Position numbers and translations under genes: made by a program | Shown: one piece after another, positions 28,696-38,081 of the stretch | Layout of the letters: every line of letters starts with the position of its first letter | How positions within the stretch are numbered: position 1 is the stretch's first letter | The notes under the pieces: generated by a model | Told to the model about the DNA's origin: nothing | Seen by the model: only the letters and a program-made list of their open reading frames with translations | Databases searched by the model: none | DNA from: Chitinophaga pinensis | GTDB lineage: Bacteria > Bacteroidota > Bacteroidia > NS11-12g > UBA955 | Direction: 5' to 3' | Length of the DNA: 54,595 nucleotides | Assembly: GCA_945860565.1 (NCBI GenBank) | Contig: CAMAQS010000006.1 | Span: forward strand, 1-54,595

Positions 28696-29787
28696 ATGAG
28701 ACCAGTAGCAAAAACCATATTAAATTTAACGGCCATTGCGGTTGTAACATTTGGATTAATCCAATGTGGAGGACAAAGAGTTGTTTACTCAAACGATATT
28801 TTCACCACACTTACAGCTCCCGAAGAAGGTGGTGTAAACTTTACACAATTAACCAAAGAAAGTGACATTGTAAAGGGTCCAGAAACGAGGATAAATATTG
28901 AGTCTATCCAAAATGGCAATACCATACAACGCACCGAATTTTTGATGTGGAATACGGCTACATTCTTGAGCCTTTCCCCAGACGGTAAAAATTTCACTTT
29001 TTTAGGAAGCAACAACAATTCAAACAATTTATACATTCGTTCTACTGAGGGTGGAGCTGCAGCGGTGCAGCGTACGTTTAGAAATGACGTATTCGATTTT
29101 TCTTATTCTAAAGATGGTCGTTACTTGGCGTTTTCAGACCGTGTTGGTGTAGGTAGTTCAGCAAACAACAACATTTATATGATTGATGTTGAAAAAGGAT
29201 CTGCAGTAAGACAGATTGCTGCGGCAAATGAAGATGAAGTAAATCCAGAATTTTCTGATGATGGGGGACGTTTATTCTACTCTAAAGAATCAGCAGGAAA
29301 TTATTCTCTTTGGAGCGTAGATTTCAAATCTGGTTTAATGACACAATATTCTGAAGGATTTAACCCTTCGGTTGTGCCAAATACCAATTCAAGACAAATG
29401 TTTGTAACCCGCAGGGTTAAAAACTCATTCCGTACTGAAATTTGGAAAATCGATATCGAAACAGGTGCTGAAACGCAATACATTACTGATTCACGCAGGT
29501 CTTTTTCAAGTCCTAAAGTAAGTCCTAACGGTAAATACATTATTTGCACCGGTTCAACTCCAAAATCTGTGGCTAGACCAACAAACTTAGACATCTTCAT
29601 GTTTAAAATAGATGGAACACGTGAAACCCAATTGACTTTTCACCCAGGAACAGATGCTTCTGCAGTTTGGTCACCCGATGGAAATTCGATTTATTTCATC
29701 AGTTCAAGAGGTAGCTTGACAAATACATACAGTGTTTGGAGAATGAATGTGGAACAATTCTTTGAAGACACCCCAAGTAAAAAGTAA
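28696..29787 (+). CDS. TolB-like beta-propeller (PD40 repeat) lipoprotein
   Basis: Lipobox LIQ-C and repeated SPDG/SKDG/SDDG/SPNG/WSPDG blades. Confidence 0.85.
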   Translation: MRPVAKTILNLTAIAVVTFGLIQCGGQRVVYSNDIFTTLTAPEEGGVNFTQLTKESDIVKGPETRINIESIQNGNTIQRTEFLMWNTATFLSLSPDGKNFTFLGSNNNSNNLYIRSTEGGAAAVQRTFRNDVFDFSYSKDGRYLAFSDRVGVGSSANNNIYMIDVEKGSAVRQIAAANEDEVNPEFSDDGGRLFYSKESAGNYSLWSVDFKSGLMTQYSEGFNPSVVPNTNSRQMFVTRRVKNSFRTEIWKIDIETGAETQYITDSRRSFSSPKVSPNGKYIICTGSTPKSVARPTNLDIFMFKIDGTRETQLTFHPGTDASAVWSPDGNSIYFISSRGSLTNTYSVWRMNVEQFFEDTPSKK

Positions 29788-29806
29788 TTTTTATAATTTA
29801 CGATTT

Positions 29807-30466
29807 ATGAAAAAAACAGTAGCGATCATTGCATGTGCTTTTATCTCACAATATAGCACAGCACAATGGGCTGGATCCTCTAGCGATGCAGGAAGCTCGA
29901 AACAGGCACCCATTCAACAACAAAAAAGTGGGGGTAATGGGAAATTCACCATGGGTTTTCCTATCCGTGCCACAATTGTATCTGCTATATTAGATGAAAC
30001 TGATTATTCATTAACCGATGTTCCCATTAATGGAGTTATGGTAGAAGAAGGAGCTAAATGGGGATTAATGATGGCTATTTCTAAACCCGTAACTGCAAAT
30101 CCGAACCTAGAATTGGGAATTGAATTTGGCTTGTCGTATGGTTTTCAAACTCTAAAATACCAAACCTATAGCACATGGAGCGGTACATTGTTCGAAGAAG
30201 AAAACCAAGTAGATTGTTACCACTTCGGAACGGGTTTAACCATTCAATACAACTTCCCAATGACCGACAATTCTAATTTTTATGTTAAAGCAATACTGGG
30301 TCCTGGTTTTTTAAATGTAACCGACGAGAATTACGATAGCTATTTGGAATCCGATTATGTTACCACATTTTACGGCGGTGGTGTTTTGGGGGTTGAGGGA
30401 AGTGGATTTTTTGCAGAAGCTGGTTTAACGTCTGTTGGATTTTTCAGAGTTGGCCTAAAACTTTAA
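29807..30466 (+). CDS. putative outer-membrane beta-barrel protein
   Basis: Signal peptide (MKKT..STA-Q), alternating beta-strand pattern, C-terminal FRVGLKL. Start moved to ATG 29807. Confidence 0.6.
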   Translation: MKKTVAIIACAFISQYSTAQWAGSSSDAGSSKQAPIQQQKSGGNGKFTMGFPIRATIVSAILDETDYSLTDVPINGVMVEEGAKWGLMMAISKPVTANPNLELGIEFGLSYGFQTLKYQTYSTWSGTLFEEENQVDCYHFGTGLTIQYNFPMTDNSNFYVKAILGPGFLNVTDENYDSYLESDYVTTFYGGGVLGVEGSGFFAEAGLTSVGFFRVGLKL

Positions 30467-30583
30467 CCAAGAAGGGCATATTGCCCACATATGAAATTTT
30501 ATTTTTTGGTTTCGGGGGATGTTTATTCGTTTATGAATGAACATTTTTGATACCATAATATTCTAAAATTCAGATATTTATTG

Positions 30584-30591
30584 TATATTTG
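30584..30591 (+). promoter_or_regulatory. Bacteroidota -7 promoter box of the rpsP operon
   Basis: TATATTTG matches TAnnTTTG. Confidence 0.7.
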
Positions 30592-30593
30592 CA

Positions 30594-30632
30594 ACCCCGT
30601 TTGGAGAATCGGGGCATTCCACGAGATGGGGT
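30594..30632 (+). promoter_or_regulatory. candidate structured ribosomal-protein leader of rpsP
   Basis: ACCCCGTTT/AGATGGGGT outer stem with GAAT/ATTC inner stem. GC-rich island in an AT-rich 5' UTR. Confidence 0.5.
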
Positions 30633-30652
30633 GTATATAAAAAAAAGACAAA

Positions 30653-31246
30653 ATGGCAACAAAAATTAGATTACAGAGACATGGTAGAAAGAGAAGAGCT
30701 TTTTATCATATCGTAGTGGCAGATGCGCGTGCTCCAAGAGATGGCCGTTTCATTGAAAAAATTGGAACCTACAATCCCGTAAGCAACCCTGCAACGATTC
30801 ACTTAGACGTCGCTAAAGCGACCCAATGGCTTTTAGCTGGTGCTGAACCAACAGACACCGTAAAAGCAATTCTTTCCTACAAAGGAGCCAACTACAAGAA
30901 ACACTTACAAGTAGGTGTACTTAAAGGCGCCATTACCCAAGAACAAGCAGACCAAAAATTTGCAGCTTGGGCCGCTGAAAAAGAAGGTTTAATCCAAGCA
31001 AAACGCGACGGATTGTCAGCAGCAGATGCTCAAAAACGTGCCGATGCTTTCAAAGCAGAAGTAAAACGTAAAGACGATATTGCAGCTAAAATCATCGCTA
31101 AAGCAGCGGCTGAAGAAGCAGCAAACGCACCTGCAGTAGAAGAAACAACAGAAGAAAGCACTGAAGAAGGAAACGTAGATTCAGAAGCTACTACCGAAGA
31201 AGCTACCACCGAAGAGGCTCCTTCTGAAGAAACTTCAGCTGAATAA
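30653..31246 (+). CDS. rpsP: 30S ribosomal protein S16 (long acidic C-terminal extension)
   Basis: KIRLQRHG...[24 protein letters not shown]. Confidence 0.98.
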   Translation: MATKIRLQRHGRKRRAFYHIVVADARAPRDGRFIEKIGTYNPVSNPATIHLDVAKATQWLLAGAEPTDTVKAILSYKGANYKKHLQVGVLKGAITQEQADQKFAAWAAEKEGLIQAKRDGLSAADAQKRADAFKAEVKRKDDIAAKIIAKAAAEEAANAPAVEETTEESTEEGNVDSEATTEEATTEEAPSEETSAE

Positions 31247-31249
31247 TCA

Positions 31250-31762
31250 ATGAATCTTTTGCCACCCAAACTCCATTTGATTGGGAAAATTGTTTCCAAA
31301 CACGGATACAAAGGCAATGTTATAGTTCGTTGGGATGATGAAGACCTCATCCCAGAAATTGGGGATACCCTTTTTGTCATTATCGACGGAATTGGTGTCC
31401 CCTTTTTAATTGAAGAACAAAATTCTACCCAAGAAATATTAACGCTACACACCGTTAACAACGAAACCTTTGCCCAAGAATTGGTTCATTGTGAAGTCGC
31501 CATTGAAGCCGATTTCGTTGAAGAAACCAACGATTTTTCTTTCGTTGGATTTACCATTTTCAATGCTCAAAATGAATCCATTGGCAAAATCACATCCATA
31601 GAAGCTTATCCCGGCCAACTCATGATAACCGTTTCTAGTGAAAATCGTGACTTCTTGATTCCCTATGTTGAAACATGGATTCGCGATGTGAATGAAAATT
31701 CCCGAACTTTGACCATGGATTTACCAGATGGCATCATAGATCCAGAAAATCATGAGGATTGA
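31250..31762 (+). CDS. rimM: ribosome maturation factor RimM
   Basis: IGKIVSKHGYKG and FLIPYV...MDLPDG. Lies between rpsP and trmD. Confidence 0.92.
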   Translation: MNLLPPKLHLIGKIVSKHGYKGNVIVRWDDEDLIPEIGDTLFVIIDGIGVPFLIEEQNSTQEILTLHTVNNETFAQELVHCEVAIEADFVEETNDFSFVGFTIFNAQNESIGKITSIEAYPGQLMITVSSENRDFLIPYVETWIRDVNENSRTLTMDLPDGIIDPENHED

Positions 31763-32435
31763 CATCATATCTGCCGTTCCCGAATTATTGCATAGTCCAC
31801 TGCAACACAGTATCCCCAAAAGAGCTGTCGAAAAAGGACTCGCAACCATTGTAGTGCACAACCTGCACGATTATGGCATCGGAAAATACAAACAAATAGA
31901 CGATTATCCTTTTGGTGGTGGCGCTGGTATGGTGCTCATGCCCGAACCACTGGCAGCCTGTTTGGAATCCCTCATAAAAGAAAGAACCTATCAACACATC
32001 ATATATACAAGTCCCGATGGACAAACCTATTCTCAAGCTAAAGCAAATCACCTGTCTACCCTTGAGAATATTATCTTGATTTGTGGTCATTATAAAGGAA
32101 TAGACCACCGTATTCGTGAAAAATATGTTACAATGGAAATATCAATGGGCGATTTTGTACTCAGTGGTGGCGAAATTGTGGCCGCTGCCATAACAGACTC
32201 CATTGTACGATTACTGCCCGGCGTTTTGGGCAATGAAGAATCTGCATTAAATGATTCATTTCAAGATAACTTATTGGCACCTCCCCTGTATACTCGTCCA
32301 GAAGAATTTCAATCTATGAAAGTTCCCGAGATTTTACTGAGTGGAAACCACGCAAAAATTGCAGAATGGCGCTTTGACCAATCCATTGAAAGAACAAAAA
32401 ATTTACGACCCGATATTTTAGACCCTGAAGCATGA
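31752..32435 (+). CDS. trmD: tRNA (guanine-N1)-methyltransferase
   Basis: DDYPFGGGAGM, CGHYKGID.R, SMGDFVLSGGE, RLLPGVL, YTRP, LLSGNH. Confidence 0.97.
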   Translation: MRIDIISAVPELLHSPLQHSIPKRAVEKGLATIVVHNLHDYGIGKYKQIDDYPFGGGAGMVLMPEPLAACLESLIKERTYQHIIYTSPDGQTYSQAKANHLSTLENIILICGHYKGIDHRIREKYVTMEISMGDFVLSGGEIVAAAITDSIVRLLPGVLGNEESALNDSFQDNLLAPPLYTRPEEFQSMKVPEILLSGNHAKIAEWRFDQSIERTKNLRPDILDPEA

Positions 32436-33199
32436 AATTAAATCTAACCAGACCTTTGGTAGTCTTTGACTTAGAAACCACTGGACTAAACATCACCCAC
32501 GACAGAATTGTTGAAATTTGCATGCTCAAAGTCTATCCCAATGCGGACGAAGAACTGCGCACCTACCGCATAAATCCCACCATCCCCATTCCAAAAGTAG
32601 TGAGTGAAATTCATGGAATTTATGATGCCGATGTGGCCGATAAACCAAGTTTTAAGCAACTGGCACCAGAAATTTATCAGTTTTTACAGCAGTGTGATTT
32701 TGGTGGATTCAATTCTAACAAATTTGATTTTCCATTGTTGGTAGAAGAATTCTACCGTGCAGGGGTTGAATTTGACATCGACAATCGGAAATTTGTAGAT
32801 GCACAACGCATTTTCCACGTAAAAGAACCCCGAAACTTATCGGCGGCATACAAGTTTTACTGCGATCAAACTCTCGAAAACGCACATTCTGCCGAGGCCG
32901 ACGCCCTGGCTACATGGGCAATTATTAAAGCTCAAATAGAGAAATATTCAGACATCCCCCAAGAAATGAAAGGACTCCATGAGTTTAGCGGCCAAAATCA
33001 TTTTGTTGACCTTGCAGGGAGATTTGTATATAATGAAAAAAAAGAAGCCGTTTTTAATTTCGGAAAACACAAAGGCAAACCTTTAACACAAGTGTTGCAG
33101 CAGGAACCAAGTTATTATTCTTGGATGATGGATGGGGATTTCCCTCGTCAAACAAAACAAGTTCTTACGAGAATTCGCCTGAGTTTAATGAACAAATGA
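32432..33199 (+). CDS. DEDDh 3'-5' exonuclease (DNA polymerase III epsilon-like)
   Basis: FDLETTGL, FNSNKFD, AHSAEAD, C-terminal FNFGKHKG extension. Confidence 0.92.
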   Translation: MKLNLTRPLVVFDLETTGLNITHDRIVEICMLKVYPNADEELRTYRINPTIPIPKVVSEIHGIYDADVADKPSFKQLAPEIYQFLQQCDFGGFNSNKFDFPLLVEEFYRAGVEFDIDNRKFVDAQRIFHVKEPRNLSAAYKFYCDQTLENAHSAEADALATWAIIKAQIEKYSDIPQEMKGLHEFSGQNHFVDLAGRFVYNEKKEAVFNFGKHKGKPLTQVLQQEPSYYSWMMDGDFPRQTKQVLTRIRLSLMNK

Positions 33200-33912
33200 G
33201 CCAAAAACAGGTCATACAAATCATACAAGAAACCGATGACTGGGTGGTCATTAACAAACCTCCTTTTGTGCCTTCACTGCCAGAACGCGGTAAATACACC
33301 GCCGAGCCAGTAATGGAATGGAGCCGCAAACGTTGGCCTGACAGCATTTTATGTCACCGCATTGACCGTGAAACATCAGGAGCGTTACTCATTGCGAAAA
33401 ATGCAGAAACATTTAGACATATTGCCATTCAGTTTGAAAAGAGAACCATTTTCAAACGATATCACGCAATTGCCGATGGAAGGGTTCAGTTCGACAATCT
33501 CGAAGTGGACTTGCCGATCAACACTGAAATTATAGGCAAAATTCGCATCGACCGCGTCTTTGGAAAACCCGCCCAAACTACTTTCAATACCATCAAAGAA
33601 TACCGTCATTTCACTTTGATTTCCTGTATCCCACGTACTGGTCGATTGCACCAAATAAGGGTACATTTGGCTTCACAAAATGCGAAAATCGCGGGTGATA
33701 CCTTATATCGAAGCACCATTCCAACCCTTAGCACCATCAAAAGGAAAGTTTCTGGCGAAGACACTGCTCTCATCTCTCGTTTTGCCTTGCATGCGCGCGA
33801 ATTGACGTTTCAAGATTTATCGGGAAATACCATTAATGTGGTTGCAGAATACCCCAAAGATTTTGCCGTATTCCTGAAGTTGTTAGAAAAATATGATTTA
33901 ATTGAAGGATGA
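33196..33912 (+). CDS. RluA-family pseudouridine synthase
   Basis: INKP, HRIDRETSG, TGRLHQIRVH, GD.LY, LHA. ATG 33196 overlaps the upstream stop (ATGA). Confidence 0.93.
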   Translation: MSQKQVIQIIQETDDWVVINKPPFVPSLPERGKYTAEPVMEWSRKRWPDSILCHRIDRETSGALLIAKNAETFRHIAIQFEKRTIFKRYHAIADGRVQFDNLEVDLPINTEIIGKIRIDRVFGKPAQTTFNTIKEYRHFTLISCIPRTGRLHQIRVHLASQNAKIAGDTLYRSTIPTLSTIKRKVSGEDTALISRFALHARELTFQDLSGNTINVVAEYPKDFAVFLKLLEKYDLIEG

Positions 33913-34400
33913 TATCGCCAGATCTATTATTTTACAAGTTTAAACCTTGGAAAAAAGCGTTCATCACTGCCGTTCAACGCATAAAATCGAATCCCCCAAA
34001 AGATTTAGATCAACAATTTGAGCGCTTGCACGATACTGTTTTTGAAAAAATCGATTGTCTCGAATGCGCCAACTGCTGCAAAACCACAAGTCCGATGTTT
34101 TTTGAAAAAGACATTGATCGACTTTCCAAAGCATTGGGCATGAAAACGTCGGCTTTTGTAAGTGAATATCTAGTTCGTGATAAAGATGACATCTATGGCC
34201 TAAAGTCAACCCCTTGCCCATTTTTGGGTTCCGATAATTATTGTTCTGTTTACGACGATCGTCCCAAAGCTTGCCGAGAATATCCGCACACCAATCACCG
34301 TAAAATGCACACTCACTTGCATTTATTAGAAAAAAACGCCATAATTTGTCCTGCGGTTTACGAAATATCGCAAAAAATCGCCAAAATTGAACCGATTTAA
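33909..34400 (+). CDS. YkgJ family cysteine-cluster (CxxCxxCC) protein
   Basis: CLECANCC, CPFL, CSVY..RP.AC.EYP. Confidence 0.9.
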   Translation: MISPDLLFYKFKPWKKAFITAVQRIKSNPPKDLDQQFERLHDTVFEKIDCLECANCCKTTSPMFFEKDIDRLSKALGMKTSAFVSEYLVRDKDDIYGLKSTPCPFLGSDNYCSVYDDRPKACREYPHTNHRKMHTHLHLLEKNAIICPAVYEISQKIAKIEPI

Positions 34401-34445
34401 TGGCGTACGCCAAAAACGAATCATTTATATTTGTAAAAATTGCAC

Positions 34446-35297
34446 ATGAAAATTATTTTTTGGACCTTATCGATTTTAGCTTTTGGTTTGCCTCGCATAG
34501 GCATGAGTCAACACACAGAAAAAGAATTAAAAAAACACGAAGAGGCGAAAATAAAATCCCTTAAAAGGAACAGAGCAATCGTCAGTTTGGATACCTTGTT
34601 CTATAAAGGGAACCCGATTTGTTTGTACAATGTGGAATCTACTTTTATGGGTACCGTGATGAAAGGCACGGTAAAAAACATGGATAGTACCGAAGCGATT
34701 TGGACTCGTTTTGTGTCCAATCAAGAAATGCCAAATGTGCGGAATTTGTCGTATTTCGAGTTCATTTTTGTGGGTTCAGGTAGAAAAGCGTATGTCCCAA
34801 ATACCTTAGGAGGTTCATTTGAAAAAACGATTGCAACAGAGGGGCTTTTTAAAGATGGGTTTTTGAATCCTGCTGGTGAAGAGAAACTGGTAGCACAAAA
34901 TCCACAGCCGACATTTGACGGCAGTACTGTGGTGGTAGTGCAAGGGAATGGACGCACGCAGGTAATTCAGCCGAATGTAGGTCAAAACAATTCACCGTTG
35001 GTGCAACGCAACCGTTTTGGAACGATTCAAATTTCTGGAAACTTGATTAATCAGGATTTTAAGCAAGTGGGTAATATAAATAAGCGCATAGAAGCAAAAG
35101 AAGGAACCATTTTTACGTATTACCAGGTAAGTCTTCCCAACGGGACGGACGTAGCAACGGCTATTGCTAGGGGAGCAACATCGCATGAATACACGGTTAC
35201 AACATTTAAAGACAACCGTACTTTCACGGTGAATTCATCCATTGGCAAAGACGAGTTTGATGTTGCGAAGTTTTTGATAGATAATGGGTATTTATAG
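34446..35297 (+). CDS. hypothetical exported protein
   Basis: About 283-aa open frame with signal peptide and TATATTTG upstream. No family recognised. Confidence 0.75.
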   Translation: MKIIFWTLSILAFGLPRIGMSQHTEKELKKHEEAKIKSLKRNRAIVSLDTLFYKGNPICLYNVESTFMGTVMKGTVKNMDSTEAIWTRFVSNQEMPNVRNLSYFEFIFVGSGRKAYVPNTLGGSFEKTIATEGLFKDGFLNPAGEEKLVAQNPQPTFDGSTVVVVQGNGRTQVIQPNVGQNNSPLVQRNRFGTIQISGNLINQDFKQVGNINKRIEAKEGTIFTYYQVSLPNGTDVATAIARGATSHEYTVTTFKDNRTFTVNSSIGKDEFDVAKFLIDNGYL

Positions 35298-35320
35298 GTT
35301 ATTGAATTACAATTTCATTC

Positions 35321-35348
35321 GTAGAGTCGCGATTAATCGCGTCCCTAC
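35321..35348. repeat. GTAG-type REP palindrome
   Basis: GTAGAGTCGCGATTAATCGCGTCCCTAC: GTAG...CTAC-bounded imperfect palindrome of the GTAG REP class. Confidence 0.7.
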
Positions 35349-35375
35349 GAAATAAATTTTGCATAGACTGGCAAG

Positions 35376-35460
35376 ACCTCCCCGTCAGCCGAGATAAATT
35401 TTTTTCAGTTTGAAGTATAATTTTACGGCTGACACCCCTCCGCGGGCAGAGGGGAGATTT
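35376..35460 (+). repeat. structured intergenic repeat, copy 3 (diverged)
   Basis: ACCTCCCCGTCAGCCG...CGGCTGACACCCCTCCG..GAGGGGAGATTT. Same architecture as copies at 14871 and 16095, with a compensatory G-C to A-T change. Confidence 0.8.
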
Positions 35461-35510
35461 ATATTCTGGAAATATTTAAATTGGGGGTCAGGGATTGTGC
35501 AGAAGAAGCC

Positions 35511-35660
35511 GGGGCTTCGAGTGCCTCAGCCACCTGTAGTGTGCAGTGACCTTAAATGGTGCAGATAATTCAGAATTGTTCAATGGATAACCTCAAAGCA
35601 GGTCACTGCATTTCGACTCTCTTTGATTGCTCAATGACCGCGACGAAGGAGTCGAAGTGC
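35511..35660. repeat. cluster of TTCGA-type palindromic elements
   Basis: GCTTCGAGTGCCTCAGCCACC; inverted pair TGCAGTGACCT (35542)/AGGTCACTGCA (35600); inverted pair GCATTTCGACTC (35608)/GAGTCGAAGTGC (35649). Confidence 0.55.
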
Positions 35661-35694
35661 CGGTTTTATTTGCAGAAACTGCAAATAATTTTAA

Positions 35695-36231
35695 TTAAAA
35701 TGAGTTTTTCCACATCATGCTTTCTACGGGACGGTTGGGTTGGCCGCTGTATTTTGCATTCTTTTTGGCGTTGTAAGGCACCAAAATTTCGCCATCAACA
35801 GGGAAATAGATTAATTGTCCGATGGGCATGCCCGCATAAACGCGCACTGGCATTTTTACCGATATTTCCAAGGTCCAGTTTCCGCAAAATCCAACATCGC
35901 CTTTGCCTGCGGTGGCGTGAATGTCGATGCCAAGGCGCCCTGTGCTGCTTTTGCCCTCCAAAAATGGAACATGGGCATGCGTTTCTGTATATTCCAATGT
36001 AACGCCCAAATAAAGCATATCGGGCTGCAGAACAAATCCTTCCTCTCCTATTTCAAAATGCCGAATGGTATTGTGTTTTTTGGCATCCAACTCTTCGCTT
36101 TCGTATACGGCCAAATATTTACCCAAATGCACATCGTAACTGTTGCTGCCTAAATCGTGGCGGTTGTATGGCTCGATGATGATGCTGCCTTTTTCAATTT
36201 CCTCTAATATGCGCTTATCGGATAAAATCAT
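35695..36231 (-). CDS. dcd: dCTP deaminase
   Basis: MILSD, SYDVHL, EGKSS.GRLG, GDVGF.G.WTLE, MPIGQL, KYSGQ. Start at ATG 36231. Confidence 0.95.
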   Translation of the reverse strand: MILSDKRILEEIEKGSIIIEPYNRHDLGSNSYDVHLGKYLAVYESEELDAKKHNTIRHFEIGEEGFVLQPDMLYLGVTLEYTETHAHVPFLEGKSSTGRLGIDIHATAGKGDVGFCGNWTLEISVKMPVRVYAGMPIGQLIYFPVDGEILVPYNAKKNAKYSGQPNRPVESMMWKNSF

Positions 36232-36258
36232 GGCGCAAATATACACAGATATTGGATT

Positions 36259-37170
36259 TTATTTCCGCAGTGGGTTCTTCAATTTTGAAGGCCTAAAATC
36301 TCCAATTCGTTGAATAAAACTGATGCTGGGCAAGGGCAAATTGTACAAATTATTCACTTTTCGAACCTCTCCGTACGGACCATGTTCCAAATATTCACCT
36401 CCCCAATTCCCGAAATACATCAAGCCAAAAGACCAACTTTTATTGGAATTTTTAGTGCTGATTAAGCGAAATTGTACGTTTGCATAAATAGAATTTCTTG
36501 GCACCAAAATATCTTTGGGCTTCAATACAAATGGCGAGGTGAGCGGATTGCTTTCGTCTACCAACAGGCGTTGTCCCGCCGAGCCGTATACCCATTGATT
36601 TACCTGCGGCATGTTTTGCCTACCCGATGAGTACCACATTTCCCCTAACAGAAAAATGCGCTCGCTCAAGCGTTTGCATCCCCCAAACTGAAAAACCAAA
36701 GACCCTTCCGGCAAGCGATTTGTTGACAAATACCCCATGGCTAAAGTTGCGTGATTGTCTATGTTTCCAATGGTATATCCTCCGTAAATTAAATTGGCTC
36801 TTATAAAAACGTCGTTCTCAGAAATCAAACTAGATGTCAATACATCTCCCACAATCATGCGTTGATTTTTTGCTACTTCCACTGAATATTGCGGGGCGAT
36901 ATATGCGTAAAATGGCAGAACTAATCCACCCGCAAGAGTAATTTCGTCGGTTATTCCATACTGAATATCGTTTACCAATCCATTTAAATTTTGGTATTGT
37001 AGGGTGCGTTTTTCAACCGGAAAACCCGACTGCATAAACACATACCTTCCTCCAATTAGCACAATTTCAGTAGAATCGGGTGCAGTAGTATCGGGCACAA
37101 TATTTCTTTCGGCCCAACCATTCAAGGCTAGGCTAAAAAATAGAACCATTAATACTACCCTATAAAACAC
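36259..37170 (-). CDS. hypothetical exported protein, probably outer-membrane beta-barrel
   Basis: Signal peptide and amphipathic beta-strand pattern (QYGITDEITLAGG, YGGYTIG, FLLGEMW). No family assigned. Confidence 0.7.
   Translation of the reverse strand: MFYRVVLMVLFFSLALNGWAERNIVPDTTAPDSTEIVLIGGRYVFMQSGFPVEKRTLQYQNLNGLVNDIQYGITDEITLAGGLVLPFYAYIAPQYSVEVAKNQRMIVGDVLTSSLISENDVFIRANLIYGGYTIGNIDNHATLAMGYLSTNRLPEGSLVFQFGGCKRLSERIFLLGEMWYSSGRQNMPQVNQWVYGSAGQRLLVDESNPLTSPFVLKPKDILVPRNSIYANVQFRLISTKNSNKSWSFGLMYFGNWGGEYLEHGPYGEVRKVNNLYNLPLPSISFIQRIGDFRPSKLKNPLRK
36677..36687 (+). repeat. over-represented motif CATCCCCCAAA, exact copy
   Basis: Read directly. Confidence 0.7.
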
Positions 37171-37184
37171 GATACAAAAATATT

Positions 37185-38081
37185 TTAATTCTGTGGCTCT
37201 TGTACTTCAACTTTCCAACACTTAATGTGTGCATCGTCGCTGCAAGACACAAATTCGGTATCCGAGAGCCACAAAATTTCATTCACAGAGCTTTTATGCC
37301 CTTGTATCTTTGCTAGGTCTATCACTTTCAACAAGTTGAATTGCTCGTCCCACAACCTAATGCTTTTGTCCATGCTGCCACTTCCAAGCCATTTCCCGTT
37401 AGGACTAACACTCAAGGCATGAATGGTAAACCAATGGGCATCCACCACTTTTTTGACTTCATTTTCGGAATTCCATTGCCCAATTTTTGCGGAACGTCCG
37501 GCATAAATACACTGTTTGTTCCATTCCAACACACGAAATATGCTAGAATCATCGATTTTTTGTTTTTGGAGGATGTTTAATGCGGTGTCCATTTCCCAAA
37601 CTACTCCTTCACTGCCGCAAATCAACACATTGCCCTTCTCCGTTAACGCAGCGTAACGCAAGGATTTGATTGAAAGTTGCACCATTTTCCGAATTTCTCC
37701 GGCATGAGACATGACACACAATTGCCCATCCCCCAAAAGAACAAACAGATTGCCACCGGGAACCGTTAAAATCCAAAATATGCCATGAGTTGCAATTTTT
37801 ACCATTTTGGGGGATGTTTTTTTTTGCAAAAAATACAACTGACCAAATTGTGTTCCTGCTAAAATGGTATTTGAATGGGGCAAGTAAGAAACGGAATAAA
37901 CAGCTTCTGGTATTTGAGCAAACAGCACACCGGTGGTGGATTCTGATGATTCCCAATGTACAATATAACCATCAGAACCGGCGGAGAAAAAACCACCTTT
38001 GCCATCCAAACACATGCAATAAACCGACTGTTTATGTCCGGTAAAGGTGTTCTTCAGTAAAACCGTTATTTTTGCGCTCAT
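37185..38081 (-). CDS. WD40-repeat protein
   Basis: FTGH..SVY, SAGSDG..VHW, DAH.FTI..L.VSPNG..L.SGSMDKSIRLWD, GH.SSVN, SCSDD..IKCW. ATG 38081 preferred, GTG 38141 possible. Confidence 0.88.
   Translation of the reverse strand: MSAKITVLLKNTFTGHKQSVYCMCLDGKGGFFSAGSDGYIVHWESSESTTGVLFAQIPEAVYSVSYLPHSNTILAGTQFGQLYFLQKKTSPKMVKIATHGIFWILTVPGGNLFVLLGDGQLCVMSHAGEIRKMVQLSIKSLRYAALTEKGNVLICGSEGVVWEMDTALNILQKQKIDDSSIFRVLEWNKQCIYAGRSAKIGQWNSENEVKKVVDAHWFTIHALSVSPNGKWLGSGSMDKSIRLWDEQFNLLKVIDLAKIQGHKSSVNEILWLSDTEFVSCSDDAHIKCWKVEVQEPQN
37727..37737 (+). repeat. over-represented motif CATCCCCCAAA, exact copy (in WD40 gene)
   Basis: Read directly. Inverted relative to the copy at 37803. Confidence 0.7.
37803..37819 (-). 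repeat. extended motif AAACATCCCCCAAAATG, exact 17-mer copy (in WD40 gene)
   Basis: CATTTTGGGGGATGTTT on the + strand. Encodes KTSPKM. Confidence 0.75.

Noticed and set aside
31110-31246. Low-complexity Glu/Ala/Thr repeats at the end of rpsP
   Set aside because: Long acidic S16 tails are common in Bacteroidota. This is not a separate repeat element.
37817-37825. A9 tract in the WD40 gene as a phase-variation site
   Set aside because: A/T runs of 8-9 are common in this AT-rich sequence and the frame is intact.
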